In this document: one piece after another, positions 50,984 to 55,948 of the stretch
Layout: every line of letters begins with the position of its first letter
Numbering within the stretch: the stretch's first letter is position 1
Source of the DNA: Octopus bimaculoides
Lineage: Eukaryota
DNA length: 55,948 bases
Reading direction: 5' to 3'
NCBI RefSeq assembly: GCF_001194135.2
Contig: NC_068989.1
Span: 6,126,205-6,182,152 of the forward strand
Made by a program: the position numbers and the translations under genes
Notes under the pieces: model-generated
Told to the model about the DNA's origin: nothing
What the model saw: the letters and a program-made list of their open reading frames with translations, nothing else
The model's database searches: none

Positions 50984-51646
50984 GTATGCATACACACACA
51001 CACACACACGCACACACAGAATCAAGAATCTTTTGTATGATATTTTCACAGCAAGGTCTGCCACGAATAAATCGATATACAAAATGGAGCAACGCTGAGA
51101 TGCTTTATATCAATTGCTAGCCATGTAACTCGCATCTTAACACAATCTGCCCTTCTTTGCTCTGGGCTCAATAACCTTTTTAGCAAACATTCTTATCCGA
51201 AACAGGTTTGATTGACAAAGAGCTTATACAGTCAGTAGTTTTAAGTAAGCAAATATTTAGCCTCAATTATGAAAACCTGTGGATATGTAACCTGCTTAGG
51301 AGAAAACACACAAGCCCACATGAATGTAGAACTCACATTTAGAATTAGACGTACACACACGAATATAAGTGCATGGCTATGACAAAATACATATCTTGAA
51401 TGATGTGCAAACTGGATTTAATTACATGGATATATAATCTTGTAGTATAATTATATATCAGCTGTACTGTTTTTTTTTATCTTTTATTATGTATTCTTTA
51501 CTTGTTGCAGTCATTAGATTGTGGTCATGCTGGAGCACTGCCTGAAAGTGTTTTTGTTGAATGAATTGACCCCAGGGCTTTTTTTAAGCCTGGTTTTCAT
51601 TCTATCGGTCGCTTTATATATATATATATACGCATATATATATGAA

Positions 51647-51717
<71 letters not shown>

Positions 51718-52729
51718 ATATATGTATATATATATGAATATGAAAATGTGTAAAACTTTCCAGAAGTTTACCATTTAAGTATGTATATATGCACGTGTCT
51801 AGACATGCAATTATATGCACGAAAATGCATGCATAAAACTAAACACAAATGTGGTCATACACTGACTCCAGATGCTCTACATATTCACACATCATCATCA
51901 TCATCATCATTGTTTAACGCCTTCCATCCTGGCATGAGTTAGACAGTTTGACAAGGGCTGGCCAGGAAGGAGACTGAACCATACTTGAAAACATACTGTT
52001 GGGGAAATTCCAATGAAGGAATCTTGGATCTAGGTTAGAAACCGCTTCTTTCTCTATTGGCAAGAAATTTTGAATTTAAACTGGATAATAACATGCATTC
52101 ATACATATTTTTTGTTGATGACCATAATTATATTCTGGTAACATGAACAACATCAAAAGACAATTAGAAAAGTCACAATGTTCTCATGACACAAAGGAAT
52201 GGAATTTCGGCAAGATAAATGGGAGATCCACTTATGGGAAACCCAACTTGTGAGAGACCCAGCTTATAAGAGATCCAATTTATAGGAGACTCAACTTCAT
52301 ATATATACATATATATATATTTAATGGGGTGGTTTCCTGTCTTGAATGTCATCAAAGCCGGCAGCGAATGCTTCCTACATGCCTCCCTCTTGCACTGAAC
52401 AACCTACCCTTGTTTAATGACTCAACTAATTTGCACCTTTAAAAACATTCATCTGGCAAAACCTTTTGCAGCCTGCCATGCGCCTGTTTTAGCTGTGAGG
52501 TAATGAATAAAAGATCAATAATGCTACCGGTTACCATGCCCCTTCCCCCCCACCATCTACACTCCCAGTGGTTGTGTGGGGATTATGAAGGAAGGTTCTG
52601 GAAGAATTGATGTGTTAGGTGTGCATGCATTTATGTGCAAAGGCTTGTGTGTAATGCATGTATGTATATTAGCATATTCATGTCTGCATATGTGTGCTTG
52701 TAAGTGCATTTGCATAAATGCCTGTGCAC

Positions 52730-52781
<52 letters not shown>

Positions 52782-52984
52782 ATATATATATATATATATA
52801 CATGTATGTATGTGTGTATATATGTATATATATATGTGTATGTGTATATGTGTGTGTGTGTGTGTGCATATATGTATATATGTATACATGTGTGTATATG
52901 TATATATGTGTATATATATATGTGTGTCTATGTCTGTGTGTACACACACACATACACATATATACATATATGTGTATGTGTGTT

Positions 52985-53040
<56 letters not shown>

Positions 53041-53825
53041 CACATACACACATTGGCAAGAATGCAGAGGTAAATCTATATAATGCACTGAAATGTATGT
53101 ACAAATGTGTATGCATGTGTGTATATATGCATATATATATGTGTATCTCTATAAATCAGGTCAGGTTATGTGAGTGTATGTGTGCATACATGTATTGCAT
53201 GCACCTTAAAAAAGTAACTAACTAACTACATGTAAATTAATAAACATTCATACACACACAAACACACATGCACACATGCACACATGCACATACACCATTC
53301 TGCCAAGGCTGATTCTTGAATCACCTGATTGAAATGAATCGATAGCTCTGTATATAAGCAAACTTCAAAAAGCCACAATGCCGGTTCGTTGAGGATCAGG
53401 TGAAAAAAAACTGTAAGTTCTGATTTATGCAGTGAGTGAATCAGCCTTAAAGAAAATTATTCCATTCTAATTAAAAGTATTGAGTAGGTGTTTCTGCTTA
53501 ATTATTGGCTCAGGTTAATGATAAACCACAATCCACTACACGCATATTGCTGGGTAATTAAAAGCTGGAATCAGCTTGAAACCATACATGGTTTCAATAT
53601 TGGTCTGAATGGTTCTTTTGGATTTCTGCTGCAGTCACAGAATATGTCTATTTGTGTGTGTGTATATATATGTGTGTGTATATGTATGTATGCATGTATG
53701 TGTATATTATTATAAGATCTGGTAATTAGTCATATATTAATATATTAATTAATATCGATTAATTATCATCGATTATTTTTTTAAAATGTACCTTATTTTT
53801 TTTAAATATATATATATATATATGT

Positions 53826-53992
53826 AGACGCAGGAGTGGCTGTGTGATAAGAAGCTTGCTTCCAACCATATGGTTCCAGGTTCAGTCCTACTGCATGGCA
53901 TCTTGTGCAAGTGTCTTCTACTATAGCCGCGGGCCAACCAAAGCCTTGTGAATGGATTTGGTAGAAGGAAACTGAAAGAAGACTATCGTGTG

Positions 53993-54049
<57 letters not shown>

Positions 54050-54210
54050 CTGTTTCTGTGTCTATGTTTGTCCCCATACCATCATTTCCCATAACTTAGT
54101 GTTTCACCAAAAGAGACAGATAGACTAAATACTAGGCTTATACCGAATAAGTCCTGGTGGTGCTCCAGCATGGCAACAACCAAATGACTAAAACAGGTAA
54201 AAGTATAAAA
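53826..54210 (+). mobile_element. SINE family A with internal TA/TG array
   Basis: gacgcaggagtggctgtgtg...gaaactgaaagaagac...gtgctccagcatggc. Confidence 0.88.
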
Positions 54211-55348
54211 GAATATATACATATATGTATATAAGTTCATATATTATATATACTTTTATATATATATATTTTTTTAAAAGGTTGAATGCAAGTTCGTCCT
54301 TTCATTGAAGTACTTTCCAAAGATTTCTGACGTTGTTACTTCGTACTTTACTTTTGAATTTTCTAGTGTAATTTAGTGTACATACAAAGGCTTATATAGA
54401 AATATTAAGTATATGATTTAACTTATTAAACACAGTTCAACAAATTCATTCATATTTATGTAAATGGAGGAGATTAGATGTTAAAATGGAGTATAGTTTT
54501 TATTACTAAACAATTTGTTTCGTACAGAAAGACAGGGATATTCAAAATAGAAAATCTGAGTTGTCAGAAAGTACTCATTGGTAGCTTAGATAAAGACGAA
54601 ATAGACGTTAGAAGTACATGGGTTTGGTGTTAGTAATCATGTTACAATGAGTTCTAGTTCTTGGAGTCATGTCTATTTTAAACAAGTCTCTCTCTCTCTC
54701 TCTCTATCTATATAATTGGCTGAAACTGGTGGGATTTTCTTGTCACTTGACTGAGGAGAGATTGCTGTGAATGATCCATCCTTGTTTGTTCTTATCATCT
54801 ATCTGTCCGGATGTTTTATTGTCACATGTTGCATTCTTNNNNNNNNNNNNNNNNNNNNNNNNNNNNNNNNNNNNNNNNNNNNNNNNNNNNNNNNNNNNNN
54901 NNNNNNNNNNNNNNNNNNNNNNNNNNNNNNNNNNNNNNNNNNNNNNNNNNNNNNNNNNNNNNNNNNNNNNNNNNNNNNNNNNNNNNNNNNNNNNNNNNNN
55001 NNNNNNNNNNNNNNNNNNNNNNNNNNNNNNNNNNNNNNNNNNNNNNNNNNNNNNNNNNNNNNNNNNNNNNNNNNNNNNNNNNNNNNNNNNNNNNNNNNNN
55101 NNNNNNNNNNNNNNNNNNNNNNNNNNNNNNNNNNNNNNNNNNNNNNNNNNNNNNNNNNNNNNNNNNNNNNNNNNNNNNNNNNNNNNNNNNNNNNNNNNNN
55201 NNNNNNNNNNNNNNNNNNNNNNNNNNNNNNNNNNNNNNNNNNNNNNNNNNNNNNNNNNNNNNNNNNNNNNNNNNNNNNNNNNNNNNNNNNNNNNNNNNNN
55301 NNNNNNNNNNNNNNNNNNNNNNNNNNNNNNNNNNNNNNNNNNNNNNNN

Positions 55349-55384
<36 letters not shown>

Positions 55385-55532
55385 TTTTTGGAAAGAATTC
55401 TTCCTACTGTCACAATATTCAAGGGAAGATTTTCTTAAATTAAAAATTATTAATTATATAAAAATATTTTATAAAAACAGAATTCCAGGAATCTTTTGCA
55501 AAGAAGTTTTTACATTGTATTAAGCACTTTCA

Positions 55533-55604
<72 letters not shown>

Positions 55605-55916
55605 CTGTGCTAGTTTGTGTCCACATATATGTATATTTCTGTATATCTGAAGATATATTTACTTATATATAATATTGTTTGATACATATAAATATCTATA
55701 CTCACACACACACACACATGTACACACATATCTGCATGTGTGTGTGTGTGTGTGTGTATATGCATGTGCACACATGAATGTGCACTGACAGACAGGCACA
55801 CACACACACACACACACACATAAATGGCATGAGCAGAGGTGCACATAAAATAAGATGTATATATGACAGAAGCAGGTGCTTTCTGGAATATGATTTATAT
55901 TTATGAACATAAAGGG

Positions 55917-55948
<32 letters not shown>

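Noticed and set aside
148-55910. Most ORFs in the supplied track ([12 protein letters not shown], poly-X)
   Set aside because: They are translations of dinucleotide microsatellites or run through N gaps.

Overview
AT-rich eukaryotic draft-assembly DNA with many N gaps and dense microsatellites. From my recollection of such repeats, the SINE/microsatellite landscape looks like an octopod cephalopod (Octopus); this is an inference, not database-checked. The only well-supported protein-coding sequence is two minus-strand exons (40043-40187 and 33131-33323). They have canonical AG/GTAAGT boundaries and matching phase 0, and they splice into a laminin-G domain most like the first LG domain of pikachurin/EGFLAM. 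Everything else reads as intron or intergenic DNA. It holds three tRNA-derived SINE families (called A, B and C here), an RTE-type 3'-tail element (D), decayed LINE pieces (RTE, R4/Dong-like), mariner, hAT and possibly Academ remnants, a Helitron/HINE-like tandem element and a Penelope-like element. Nearly all ORFs in the supplied track are microsatellite or N-gap artefacts. The observations most worth following up are a minimal hammerhead-ribozyme-like motif in three Penelope-like copies in the host-gene sense orientation, fold-back SINE pairs that could be dsRNA/ADAR substrates, a palindromic fusion of two retroelement tails, a 124-bp SINE-head triplication, and an RFX/NF-Y/CRE motif cluster. 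I found no convincing wholly novel multi-gene system. Repeat coordinates are approximate (about +/-10-20 bp); the exon coordinates were counted exactly.
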